From Leucobacter sp. (GTDB lineage: Bacteria; Actinomycetota; Actinomycetes; Actinomycetales; Microbacteriaceae), in assembly GCA_048516985.1 (NCBI GenBank), contig CP183188.1, positions 179,630-243,629 on the forward strand: a stretch of DNA of 64,000 bases, given 5' to 3'. Below, piece after piece: positions 9,781 through 20,129 of the stretch (within the stretch, counting starts at the first letter, position 1; the number at the start of each line of letters is the position of its first letter). The position numbers and the translations under genes are program-made. The notes under the pieces are model-generated. The model had not been told where the DNA came from and searched no databases. It saw only the letters and a program-made list of their open reading frames with translations.

Positions 9781-10086
9781 TCAGGCCCGGTCGACGGCCC
9801 GTTCGAGCCGTTCGAGCTTCGCGTCGATCTCGCCGGTGAAGCCCGGCCGGATATCGGCCTTCATCACGAGCGAGACCCGCGAGCCGAAGGGCAGCACGGC
9901 CTCGGTGGCGCGCTTGACCACGTCGAAGACCTCATCCCATTCCCCCTCGATCTCGGTGAACATCGAGGAGGTGCGATTGGGCAGTCCCGACTCGCGCACC
10001 ACCTTCACCGCTGCGGCGACGGCCTCGGATACCGAGCCGTCGGGGCTCTCGGCGCCGCTCGGCGCGACGGAGAATGCGAGGATCAT
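9781..10086 (-). CDS. MTH1187/YkoF family (DUF77) thiamine-binding-like protein
   Basis: 101 aa, MILAFSVAPSG...SVSEAVAAAVKVVRESGL...SMFTEIEGEWDEVF. Strong RBS GGAAAGGAGAGG. Confidence 0.7.
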   Translation of the reverse strand: MILAFSVAPSGAESPDGSVSEAVAAAVKVVRESGLPNRTSSMFTEIEGEWDEVFDVVKRATEAVLPFGSRVSLVMKADIRPGFTGEIDAKLERLERAVDRA

Positions 10087-10160
10087 GGGTCCTCTCCTTT
10101 CCTTGTCGTGTTCGCGATTCCTCGGCGAAGCGCCGAATATTCCCGTTCAGGCATGAATTC

Positions 10161-11735
10161 TCACAGCGCCCGTACGTCGTCGTCGACCCAGTCGAGGGAT
10201 CGCTCGACGGCGCGGTTCCAGAGCCGCAGCCGGCGGGCGCGATCCTCGTCCCGCATATTCGGCGACCAGCGACGCCCCTCGCGCACGAGCCCCGAGATCT
10301 CGGGCAGCCCCGCCCACACCCCGGTCGCGAGCCCCGCGGCGAAGGCCGCACCGAGCGCCGTCGTCTCGAGCACCTCGGGGCGCACCACGTCGATGCCGAG
10401 CAGATCGGCCTGGAACTGCATCATCATGTCGCTCGCGGATCCGCCGCCGTCGACGCGGAGCTCCTCCAGCGCGACGCCCGTGTCGGCCGCGGCCGCATCG
10501 ATCACCTCGACGGTCTGGTAGGCGCAGGCCTCACTGGCGGCGCGCACGATGTGGGCGCGCGTGACGAAGCGGGTGAGTCCGACGATGACGCCGCGCGCAT
10601 CCGGCTGCCAGCGCGGTGCGAACAGGCCCGAGAAGGCGGGCACGATGAACGCCCCGCCCGTGTCGGGCACGCTCGAGGCCAGCCCCTCGATCTCCGTCGA
10701 ATCGCGCAGGATCCCGAGGTTGTCGCGCAGCCAGTGGTGCAGGGATCCCGCCACCGCCACCGAGCCCTCGAGCGCGTAGACGGGCGGGGCGCCGTCGATC
10801 CGGTACGCGACCGTGGTGAGCAGCCCGTTACCCGAGAAGACGGGCTGCTCCCCCGTGTTCACGATGAGGAATCCGCCGGTGCCGTAGGTGTGCTTCGCGT
10901 CGCCGGGGGCGAACGCCGCCTGCCCGAAGGTCGCCGCCTGCTGATCGCCGAGGATCCCGCTGATGGGGACCCCCTCGAGACCCGGGATGCCGTGCACCTG
11001 CCCGACGACCCCGGACGACGACACGATCCGCGGCAGCATCGAGCGCGGGATGCCGAAGGTCTCAAGCGCCTCCTCGCTCCAGTCGAGGGTGCCGAGGTCG
11101 CAGAGCTGGGTGCGGCTGGCGTTGGTGACGTCGGTGATGTGGATCCCGCCGTCCGCCCCGCCGGTGAGCTGGTAGACGAGCCAGGAGTCGATGGTGCCGA
11201 ATCTCAGCTCGCCGCGCTCGGCGCGTGCGCGGGCGCCGGGGATCTCGTCCAGGATCCACCGCACCTTGCCCGCCGAGAAGTAGCTGGCGAGCGGCAGGCC
11301 CGTGACCGCGCGGAGGCGCTCGGTACCCTCCGGATGCGCTGCGGCGAGCGCGTCGATCAGCGGCTGGGTGCGGGTGTCCTGCCAGACGATGGCGTCAGCG
11401 ATGGGCTCCCCGGTCGCGGCGTCCCACACCACCGCCGTCTCGCGCTGATTGGTGATGCCGACACCGGCGATGCGATCTGCCCCCAGCCGCGCGGTGCCGA
11501 GCGCCTGTTTCAGCAGCGCCCGGGTGGTGTGCCAGATCTCGGCGGCGTCGTGGCCGACCCAGCCGGGGCGCTCGAAGATCTGCCGGTGCTCGCGCTGGGC
11601 GCTCGCGACGGCCCGTGCCTCGCGGTCGAAGACGATGACCCGGGTGGAGGTGGTGCCCTGGTCGATCGCGACGACGTGGTCGCGGGTGGATCCTGCCACT
11701 GCCGATCCTGCCCCTGTGCCGTGCTGCGCCGCCAT
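10161..11735 (-). CDS. glpK: Glycerol kinase
   Basis: 524 aa with VVAIDQGTTSTRVIVFD, FGTIDSWL, GDQQAATFGQ and VDGGGS motifs of the FGGY kinases (GlpK). Confidence 0.9.
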   Translation of the reverse strand: MAAQHGTGAGSAVAGSTRDHVVAIDQGTTSTRVIVFDREARAVASAQREHRQIFERPGWVGHDAAEIWHTTRALLKQALGTARLGADRIAGVGITNQRETAVVWDAATGEPIADAIVWQDTRTQPLIDALAAAHPEGTERLRAVTGLPLASYFSAGKVRWILDEIPGARARAERGELRFGTIDSWLVYQLTGGADGGIHITDVTNASRTQLCDLGTLDWSEEALETFGIPRSMLPRIVSSSGVVGQVHGIPGLEGVPISGILGDQQAATFGQAAFAPGDAKHTYGTGGFLIVNTGEQPVFSGNGLLTTVAYRIDGAPPVYALEGSVAVAGSLHHWLRDNLGILRDSTEIEGLASSVPDTGGAFIVPAFSGLFAPRWQPDARGVIVGLTRFVTRAHIVRAASEACAYQTVEVIDAAAADTGVALEELRVDGGGSASDMMMQFQADLLGIDVVRPEVLETTALGAAFAAGLATGVWAGLPEISGLVREGRRWSPNMRDEDRARRLRLWNRAVERSLDWVDDDVRAL

Positions 11736-11846
11736 GCCCCGAGCCTACCCGCGACCGCGGTCGCTTCGCCTCTCCGCGCAGAGATGAGAGAGCGGACCGC
11801 AGGAGGCAGAGGATCGACCGGCCCCGCCCGAAGTAGACTGGTCGGC

Positions 11847-13773
<1,927 letters not shown>

Positions 13774-13816
13774 GGAGGAGTCCGCGCGCGCTGGGCGACT
13801 CCCGTATGGTTGAGGC

Positions 13817-14458
13817 ATGGCAACGCGGGAGACCCGGCTCGCCGGCACTCGCCAGGAGCGCCGGAAGGCGGCCACGCGAGCCAAGATCCAGGCCGCGGCC
13901 GAGGAGCTGTTCGGCGAGCACGGCTATGAGGCGACCTCCATCGAGGACATCGCCGAGTCCGCTGACGTCGCCGTGCGCACCATCTATACGCACTTCCCCT
14001 CGAAGGCGGCGATCATGCTCGCCTACTTCGACAGCTGGGTAGACGTGTTCGTCGAGGAGGTGCTGCGCCGCCCGGTCGACGAGCCGGTGGTCGAGTCGGT
14101 GCGCGAGGCGCTGTCCGAGATGGGCCGGGCCGGGTGGGTCGACCGTGTCGAGAACGAGCACAGTCGGGTGCACCCGCTCGTCGAGCACCTCGGATCCGGA
14201 GCACCCGACATCGCCGGCCACATTCTGCAGCGGTGGATGCGCGAGATGGGCCGGCTCGCCGCCGACGCTGCCGAGCGCGGCTCGTACGCGCCTGACTCGC
14301 TCGAGCCCCAAGCGCGGGCCGTCGCCGTCTTCACGGCGTGGATCGCGGCGATGTCGGCCGCTCGGGGCCGATCCTCGGGCCGCGCACTGCCGGCCAGGGC
14401 CACCGGGAACAGTCTCGGCCTCGACATCCTCGAGCTCGTCACCGGCGGCGAGCTCTAG
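13817..14458 (+). CDS. TetR/AcrR family transcriptional regulator (paralogue 1)
   Basis: 213 aa. HTH: ATSIEDIAESADVAVRTIYTHFPSKAAIM. Confidence 0.85.
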   Translation: MATRETRLAGTRQERRKAATRAKIQAAAEELFGEHGYEATSIEDIAESADVAVRTIYTHFPSKAAIMLAYFDSWVDVFVEEVLRRPVDEPVVESVREALSEMGRAGWVDRVENEHSRVHPLVEHLGSGAPDIAGHILQRWMREMGRLAADAAERGSYAPDSLEPQARAVAVFTAWIAAMSAARGRSSGRALPARATGNSLGLDILELVTGGEL

Positions 14459-14581
14459 CGTTCCCTGCCGGCGGGTCCGCCCCGCCACCCGCACTGCTTC
14501 GTGCGCCTACCGTGCCGCTCTCCGCCCCCTCGCCGTGCCCCTCCGGGCCGCCCCGCTCCGACCCTCCACCTCCGCGCCACC

Positions 14582-14663
14582 CCAGTTCCCAAAGCGATTC
14601 GGGTTCCCAAAGCCCGGATCCTGGAATTCGGGCTTTGGGAACCCGAATCGCTTTGGGAACTGG
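14582..14663. repeat. 82-bp palindromic element: perfect 35-bp inverted arms with a 12-nt spacer
   Basis: CCAGTTCCCAAAGCGATTCGGGTTCCCAAAGCCCG (14582-14616), gatcctggaatt, then the exact reverse complement (14629-14663); I checked it base by base. It sits between convergent genes, so it probably also acts as a bidirectional terminator. Confidence 0.95.
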
Positions 14664-14718
14664 TCACATAGGCGGCAGTGGCCGCGCCGGGACTTGCGAA
14701 AACACATGCACTTTCGCC

Positions 14719-15345
14719 CTAGAGATTCCCGCGCGTCAGACGCGCGGCGAACTCGGCGACGAGGCTGTTCGCCGTGGCATCCTCCGGCAGCACCGCGGCG
14801 CCGGCCCCGCTGCCGCCTGCCAGAATCGGCCCGATGCACGCGGCGAACACCGCCGTCGCGCGGGCCTGGGGTTCCAGTGATCCGGGCTCATAGGATCCGC
14901 GTTCGGACGCGTCGGCGGCGATCCGGTCCTGGGCTCGCATCCAGGCGTGCATCATGTGCCCGGCCACCTCCGGCGGGCCCGTCACCAGCCCCAGCGCCGT
15001 CGGCGGGGACCCCGAGGTCCGCCCGTAGGAGCGATCCGCCCACCCCGCCTCGTTCATCGCTCGCAGCGATGCCGCGATCGCCTGCGCGATGGGCTCATCG
15101 ACCGGGCGCGCCAGAATGCCGTCGACGAGCGCGTCGAGCCAGCCGTCGAAGTGGCTGAGCAGCACCGCGGCCTTCGAGGGGAAGTGCGTGTAAATGGTGC
15201 GCACCGCCACATCGGCCGCTTCCGAAATGTCTTCGATGGAGGTCTCCGCATAGCCCCGATCGGCGAAGAGGCGGTCGGCGGCCTGCAGGATCCGGGCTCG
15301 GGTCTGCGCCTTTCTGCGGGCCTGCCGCGGCGACGCATCCGACAC
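14719..15345 (-). CDS. TetR/AcrR family transcriptional regulator (paralogue 2)
   Basis: 208 aa from GTG 15345, preceded by RBS GAGGGAGGA. HTH ETSIEDISEAADVAVRTIYTHFPSKAAVL; collinear similarity to the 13817..14458 product. Confidence 0.85.
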   Translation of the reverse strand: MSDASPRQARRKAQTRARILQAADRLFADRGYAETSIEDISEAADVAVRTIYTHFPSKAAVLLSHFDGWLDALVDGILARPVDEPIAQAIAASLRAMNEAGWADRSYGRTSGSPPTALGLVTGPPEVAGHMMHAWMRAQDRIAADASERGSYEPGSLEPQARATAVFAACIGPILAGGSGAGAAVLPEDATANSLVAEFAARLTRGNL

Positions 15346-15365
15346 GATCGTCCTCCCTCGAATAG

Positions 15366-15414
15366 ATGCACTGAAGCAATTAATGCACATATACTATTCA
15401 CTGCATTGTTGCAC
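15366..15414. promoter_or_regulatory. Candidate TetR operator in a divergent promoter
   Basis: AT-rich stretch between divergent genes. ATGCACTGAA (15366-15375) and TTCACTGCAT (15397-15406) form a 9/10 inverted repeat. The TGCAC pentamer occurs three times. Confidence 0.3.
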
Positions 15415-15448
15415 AGATCCATCGATCCGTCCGAGAAAGCGAGCTCCT

Positions 15449-16030
15449 GTGTCAGACCTCATCGGCGGCGTGATCGGTTTCACGCTGCGGAACTTCACCC
15501 TGACCTTCCTGGCCATCGGCATCATCGTCGCCGTCATCGTGATCGCGGTGAAGCGCCCCGGCAAGCACGGCGTCTACGCCACCTTCCTGAACTGGTTCCT
15601 CTTCTTCGCGATCGGCGTCACCTACATCTTCAACGGCATCATGCACACGGCCTTCGGCGAGATGTCGGCGGCCTCGATCGGCTGGGAGGACAGCCCCTTC
15701 CAGACCGAGGTCGGCTTCGCGAGCATCGGCATCGGCATCATCGGGATCATGGGCTTCGTGCGCCGGGCACCGTTCAGCCTGAAGTTCGCCGCGCTCGTGG
15801 GCCCCGCCTGCTTCCTCTGGGGCGCTGCCGGCACGCATATCGTGGACATCATCACCACCGGTAACCTCGCGCCGAACAACGCCGGCGTGATCCTGTACAC
15901 CGATATCTTCATCCCGATCCTCGGCCTCGTGCTCTGGGCGCTCGCGTTCACCACCCGCGAGCGCACGCTCACCAGCCCGACGCCGGCTGCGGCGACCGCG
16001 AACACTCCGGCCACCGCAGATGCCGTCTAG
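15449..16030 (+). CDS. Small integral membrane protein, family not recognised
   Basis: 193 aa from GTG 15449 (VSDLIGGVIGF...). About 5-6 hydrophobic helices. Divergent from TetR paralogue 2. Confidence 0.6.
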   Translation: MSDLIGGVIGFTLRNFTLTFLAIGIIVAVIVIAVKRPGKHGVYATFLNWFLFFAIGVTYIFNGIMHTAFGEMSAASIGWEDSPFQTEVGFASIGIGIIGIMGFVRRAPFSLKFAALVGPACFLWGAAGTHIVDIITTGNLAPNNAGVILYTDIFIPILGLVLWALAFTTRERTLTSPTPAAATANTPATADAV

Positions 16031-17624
16031 GGTCCGGATCGTCCGCAGCGCGGCGGTGCTCGCCGCTCTGGCGCTGCTCGCCACCGGCTGCGCGTCGGAG
16101 GCCCCCTCCGGGATCGACGTCCGCATCGGCGAGGCCCCGAATCTGGACGTCGTCGCGCTTCCCGGCCCCCTCGAGGATCAGATCGCCGCCGCGGTCGAGC
16201 AACTGCCGCACCTCGCCCAGGAGGCACTCGCCGAGTCGGGGGTCCCGGGCATGGCCGTCGCAGTGGTGCACGGCGATGAGGTGATCTTCGCGGAGGGCTT
16301 TGGCGTACGCGAGATCGGCACGGATGAGCAGGTCACCGCCGATACCGTGTTCCAGATCGCCTCGCTGTCGAAGCCGCTCTCGGCCACCGGCGTGGCCGCC
16401 GCCATCGGGGCGAGCGACGGGGAGCTGAGCTGGTCGACGCCGATCCACGAGTTGCTGCCGGGCTTCGCCTACTCCGACCCCGTCGTCACCGGGCTCGCGA
16501 CCATCGGCGATGCCTTCAGCCATCGCACCGGGCTCATCACGGGCGCCGGAGACGATCTGGAGGATCTCGGCTACGATCGCGCCGCGATCCTCGACCGCCT
16601 GCGACTGCAGCCGCTGGACGCCTTCCGCTCCTCCTACCACTATTCCAATTTCGGCCTCACCATCGGCGCCGAGGCCGTCGCGGCCTCCCGCGGCGAAGCC
16701 TGGGAGCAGCTGATGGACGAGCTGGTCTACGAGCCGCTCGGCATGGCGTCGACGTCTTCGCGGCACGACGACTATCTCGCGCACGAGGATCGAGCGGTGC
16801 TGCACGCGCTGGAGGACGGCGCCTTCATCGCCGCCTACGATCGGGATCCGGATCCCCAGTCGCCCGCCGGGGGCGTCTCCTCCACCGCGAACGATCTCGC
16901 CCGGTGGCTGCGGATGCTGCTCGCCGGCGGTGAGTTCGAGGGGACGGCGATCGCGGATCCCGCCGCCCTCACCGAGGCCATGAGCGCGCAGATCGTCTCG
17001 AGCCCGGTCTCGGCCGTCGATCGGCGTCCGGCCCACTACGGCTACGGCTTCAACACCTCGCCGCAGGTGAGCGGGCGGATGGCGATCTCGCATTCCGGAG
17101 CATTCGTACTCGGGGCCGCGACGAACTTCCAGATCGTACCGGATCTCGACCTCGGCATCGTGGTGCTCACCAATGGTGCGCCGGTGGGGGTGCCCGAAGC
17201 GGTCGCCTCGGAGTTCCTCGACCTCGTGCAGTACGGGCACAGCACCCGCGACTGGGTGAGCGACGCCCGCGGGTTCTTCGCCGGGTACACCGTTCCGACC
17301 GGCGATCTCGCCGGCGAGAGCCGCCCGGCCTCCCCCGCGGCCGCGCCCGATCCGGCACTGCTCATGGGCAGCTACGAGAACGCGTACTTCGGCACGCTCG
17401 TGATCGAGGAGGGGCCCGATGGGCTCCGCGCGCGGCTCGGGCCCGAGGGGGCGACCGTGCTCGAGCTCGAGCACTGGGACGGGTCGACCTTCGCCTACGC
17501 GCCCAGCAGCGAGAGCGCGCCGTGGGGCTCCCTGGCGAGCGCCGTCTTCACCGCCGACGGCGGCTCGGTGCGGCTGGACTCCTTCGATGAGACGGGGCTC
17601 GGCACCTGGACGCGGCTCGGGTAG
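16020..17624 (+). CDS. Serine hydrolase (beta-lactamase/class C-related) lipoprotein
   Basis: 534 aa with lipobox LLATGC, catalytic SxxK (IASLSKPL) and a YxN-like YSNFG. Confidence 0.8.
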   Translation: MPSRVRIVRSAAVLAALALLATGCASEAPSGIDVRIGEAPNLDVVALPGPLEDQIAAAVEQLPHLAQEALAESGVPGMAVAVVHGDEVIFAEGFGVREIGTDEQVTADTVFQIASLSKPLSATGVAAAIGASDGELSWSTPIHELLPGFAYSDPVVTGLATIGDAFSHRTGLITGAGDDLEDLGYDRAAILDRLRLQPLDAFRSSYHYSNFGLTIGAEAVAASRGEAWEQLMDELVYEPLGMASTSSRHDDYLAHEDRAVLHALEDGAFIAAYDRDPDPQSPAGGVSSTANDLARWLRMLLAGGEFEGTAIADPAALTEAMSAQIVSSPVSAVDRRPAHYGYGFNTSPQVSGRMAISHSGAFVLGAATNFQIVPDLDLGIVVLTNGAPVGVPEAVASEFLDLVQYGHSTRDWVSDARGFFAGYTVPTGDLAGESRPASPAAAPDPALLMGSYENAYFGTLVIEEGPDGLRARLGPEGATVLELEHWDGSTFAYAPSSESAPWGSLASAVFTADGGSVRLDSFDETGLGTWTRLG

Positions 17625-17798
17625 TCCGCGCAGGATGCGCCGGAGCCGTGTCGACCGGTCTATCTACCTGTCTGCCTGTCACGAAGCTCGGAGCAGTCAC
17701 GGGTCTCGGATGAGATCGCGGGATCCGGTCCGAGATCCGTGACATCTCCGTGAGTTCTGACGCAGCGGGGCTTCGGCTCCCGGATGCGCGCCCGAGTC

Positions 17799-18752
17799 TC
17801 AGGCGGTGCGGCCGCGGGCGAATCCGGCATCGAAGCCGCGCGCATAGGCCTCCTGGGCCTTGCGCGCGAAGCGCGCGTGCCCGCCGCCGCGGCGAGCCGG
17901 GGATCCGTCCCGGCCGTGCCCGGGATGCCGGTCGCAGAACTCCGGGCGGGATTCGTCGAAGTCGTGCCCGGCGTCGAAGCCGGGATGCGGCCTGCCGGAG
18001 CCACGGCGCGGATCGCCGTACTCGGGAGCGCGGCCGCCGAATCCGTGGTGCCGGCTAGCGTACTCGGAGGCGGGACCGCCGAACTCTGTGTGCGGGCCGC
18101 CGAAGGCGGAGTCCCGGCCGGCGCCCCCGCGGCGTCGATCGTCGAAGTCGTGCCTGGCGTCGAAGCCGCCGCGGCGCTCGAAGGCCCCGCCCTGCTCGAA
18201 AGCCCGGCGCCGCTCGAAGGCCCCGGGCGACTCGAAGGCGTCGCCGCGTCCGAATCCGCGCCGATGCCCGAAGCCACGCCCACGCCCACGACCACGACCG
18301 CGACCGCGCCCATGGCCGCGCCCACCCCCGCGCGGCAGCGGCGCGTCCTCGCTCCAGCCGAAGGCCAGCGCGATGCGTTCGAGGGAGCGCAGCGTGGTCT
18401 CGAGATCCTCGGCGGGGACCGCCTCGGTCACTCGCGCCCGCAGGCCCTGCACGATCCGGCCCAGGCGATCCTTCGCCGCCGCGCCCTCATCGGTGAGGCT
18501 CCACGCCTCTCCCTTCTTCGCGACCCATCCGAGGGCGATCAGGCGGTCGAGTTTGTGCTCCCGCAGCGGACGCGATGACGGCACGGTGCCGTCGATGACG
18601 TTCAGCAGTTGCCACTCGCGGCGGCCGACGCCCTCGGCCGCGAAGGCCTCCGCGAAGGCCGCGGCCAGGTGCCGATCGGCGGCCTTCAGCCAGTAGCCGA
18701 GCGGACGGGATTCATCGTCGGTGCGATCGGTATTCATGTCATCGGTATTCAT
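17799..18752 (-). CDS. MarR-like winged-helix regulator with a ~177-residue Arg/Gly/Phe/Asp-rich low-complexity C-terminal tail
   Basis: 317 aa from ATG 18752 (RBS AAGGA). N-terminal wHTH-like domain (RPLGYWLKAADRHL...WQLLNVI...LIALGWVAKKGEAWSLTDEG), then GGGRGHGRGRGRGRGRGRGFGHRRGFGRGDAFESPGAFERRRAFEQGGAFERRGGFDARHDFDD... in the same frame with GC3-rich codons. Confidence 0.75.
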   Translation of the reverse strand: MNTDDMNTDRTDDESRPLGYWLKAADRHLAAAFAEAFAAEGVGRREWQLLNVIDGTVPSSRPLREHKLDRLIALGWVAKKGEAWSLTDEGAAAKDRLGRIVQGLRARVTEAVPAEDLETTLRSLERIALAFGWSEDAPLPRGGGRGHGRGRGRGRGRGRGFGHRRGFGRGDAFESPGAFERRRAFEQGGAFERRGGFDARHDFDDRRRGGAGRDSAFGGPHTEFGGPASEYASRHHGFGGRAPEYGDPRRGSGRPHPGFDAGHDFDESRPEFCDRHPGHGRDGSPARRGGGHARFARKAQEAYARGFDAGFARGRTA

Positions 18753-18776
18753 GAGAACATCCTTTACTTGTAATAG

Positions 18777-18831
18777 TGCATGTAAATGTAGTGTGACATG
18801 GATATTAAACATATGTCAAGTTGCATGTAAA
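18777..18831. promoter_or_regulatory. Direct repeat TGCATGTAAA x2 in the AT-rich divergent promoter (candidate MarR operators)
   Basis: TGCATGTAAA at 18777-18786 and 18822-18831. TAAAAT lies 6 nt before GTG 18840, which suggests a leaderless mRNA. Confidence 0.4.
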
Positions 18832-18839
18832 ATTGTCGC

Positions 18840-19412
18840 GTGAGCAAGGATCAGACGGACCCGGCCGACACCATCGCCCGCGCGCTTCTGCGACTGCGCG
18901 GTCAGCGCCCCCAGGGGTGGGAGCGGCGAGGCGGCTTCGGCGAGCAGCCGCCGGGCGGCGGACCCGGTGAGACCGGCAGTTCCGGCTGGGCGGGCGGACA
19001 CGGCGGACCGCACCACCCCCGCGGCCACAGCCGCTTCGGCATGCCGCCCCAGGGTGCGGGCTTCAGGGGGCGAGGCGGCGCGATGGCGTGGATGCGCATG
19101 CTCGAAGCGCTCGTCGCAGCTGCCGAACCGCTCAGCGTGAGCGCCCTCGGCGAGGCGATCGGCGTCGATCAGCCCCGCGCCTCCCGGCTCGTGCAGCAGG
19201 CCTTCGAGCGCGGACTGGTGCGGCGCGAGGCCGATCCCGAGGACGCCCGCCGCACCCGCATCGCCCTCACCGAATCGGGGCGGTGGATGGCGAAGCGCAT
19301 GACCGAGGAGCGACGGGAATCGCTCGAGCAGGCGCTCTCGGCGCTGAGCCCGGACGAGCAGTCCGAATTGGCCCGGCTGCTCTCGAAACTCGCCGACAAC
19401 TGGCAGGCCTGA
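18840..19412 (+). CDS. MarR family transcriptional regulator with a ~80-residue Gly/Arg/Pro/His-rich N-terminal extension
   Basis: 190 aa from GTG 18840. The C-terminal two thirds is a canonical MarR wHTH (LSVSALGEAIGVDQPRASRLVQQAFERGLVRREADPEDARRTRIALTESG). The N-terminus reads GWERRGGFGEQPPGGGPGETGSSGWAGGHGGPHHPRGHSRFG...GFRGRGG. Confidence 0.8.
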   Translation: MSKDQTDPADTIARALLRLRGQRPQGWERRGGFGEQPPGGGPGETGSSGWAGGHGGPHHPRGHSRFGMPPQGAGFRGRGGAMAWMRMLEALVAAAEPLSVSALGEAIGVDQPRASRLVQQAFERGLVRREADPEDARRTRIALTESGRWMAKRMTEERRESLEQALSALSPDEQSELARLLSKLADNWQA

Positions 19413-19471
19413 GCCGCAACGGCCCGGCACCGGCGCCGTGCACCCGCACCCGCCGCGTATGCTCGTTGAAC

Positions 19472-20011
19472 ATGGCCCTCAGCGCGACGATGCACACCTT
19501 CGACATCCAGCTCGCGGATATCGATCGCGGCGTCTACGAGGATCTGACGCTGCGCGTCGCACGGCACCCCTCGGAGACCGAGGCGTACATGATGACCCGG
19601 TTGCTCGCCTACTGCCTCCAGTTCGAAGAGGGCATCGCCTTCGGCGGGGACATCTCGGCGACCGAGGAGCCGGCGGTCGTGGTGCGCGATCTCACCGGCA
19701 GGATCACGGCGTGGATCGAGATCGGCGCACCGGATGCGGCACGACTCCACCACGGCAGCAAGCTCGCCGACCGCGTCGCCGTCTACAGCCATCGGGATCC
19801 GGAGAAGCTGCGCGCATCCTGGGCGGGGAAGACCATCCACAACGCGGAGGCGATCGCACTCACCGGCTTCGATCCCGGCTTCATCGACGCGGCCGCGGCG
19901 GTGCTCGAGCGCCGCAACACCCTGTCGCTGTCGGTGACCGAGGGGCAGCTGTTCCTCGAGCTCAACGGCGCGGTGCTGAGCACGAGCCTGCACGTGCAGC
20001 CGATCGTGTGA
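19472..20011 (+). CDS. yaeQ: YaeQ family protein
   Basis: 179 aa from ATG 19472: MALSATMHTFDIQLADIDRGVYEDLTLRVARHPSETEAYMMTRLLAYCL. Confidence 0.8.
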   Translation: MALSATMHTFDIQLADIDRGVYEDLTLRVARHPSETEAYMMTRLLAYCLQFEEGIAFGGDISATEEPAVVVRDLTGRITAWIEIGAPDAARLHHGSKLADRVAVYSHRDPEKLRASWAGKTIHNAEAIALTGFDPGFIDAAAAVLERRNTLSLSVTEGQLFLELNGAVLSTSLHVQPIV

Positions 20012-20070
20012 CGCGCACCACGCAATAGACAACCTCGCGCCCCGCAACACCGCGCACCCCGCAATGCGCA

Positions 20071-20089
20071 ACGGGCGGGCACCGCCCGT
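20071..20089. terminator. Short hairpin between convergent yaeQ and glnK
   Basis: ACGGGCGG-gca-CCGCCCGT. Confidence 0.35.
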
Positions 20090-20129
20090 AAGCGGCACCC
20101 GCCCGTGAGGACGAGCGGCAGGCCCGCGC

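Noticed and set aside
14612-14633. The spacer contains GGATCC and GAATTC (BamHI and EcoRI sites), raising the possibility of vector or polylinker contamination
   Set aside because: The arms are native sequence shared with the 29875-29950 element and the flanks are ordinary chromosomal genes. The sites are most simply coincidental. An assembly artefact cannot be excluded without reads; this is noted under the finding.
14582-14663. Possible CRISPR-like repeat, because GTTCCCAAAGC recurs
   Set aside because: There are only two direct copies per arm with a 10-nt spacing. The overall structure is an inverted repeat, there is no repeat-spacer periodicity, and there are no cas genes in the window.
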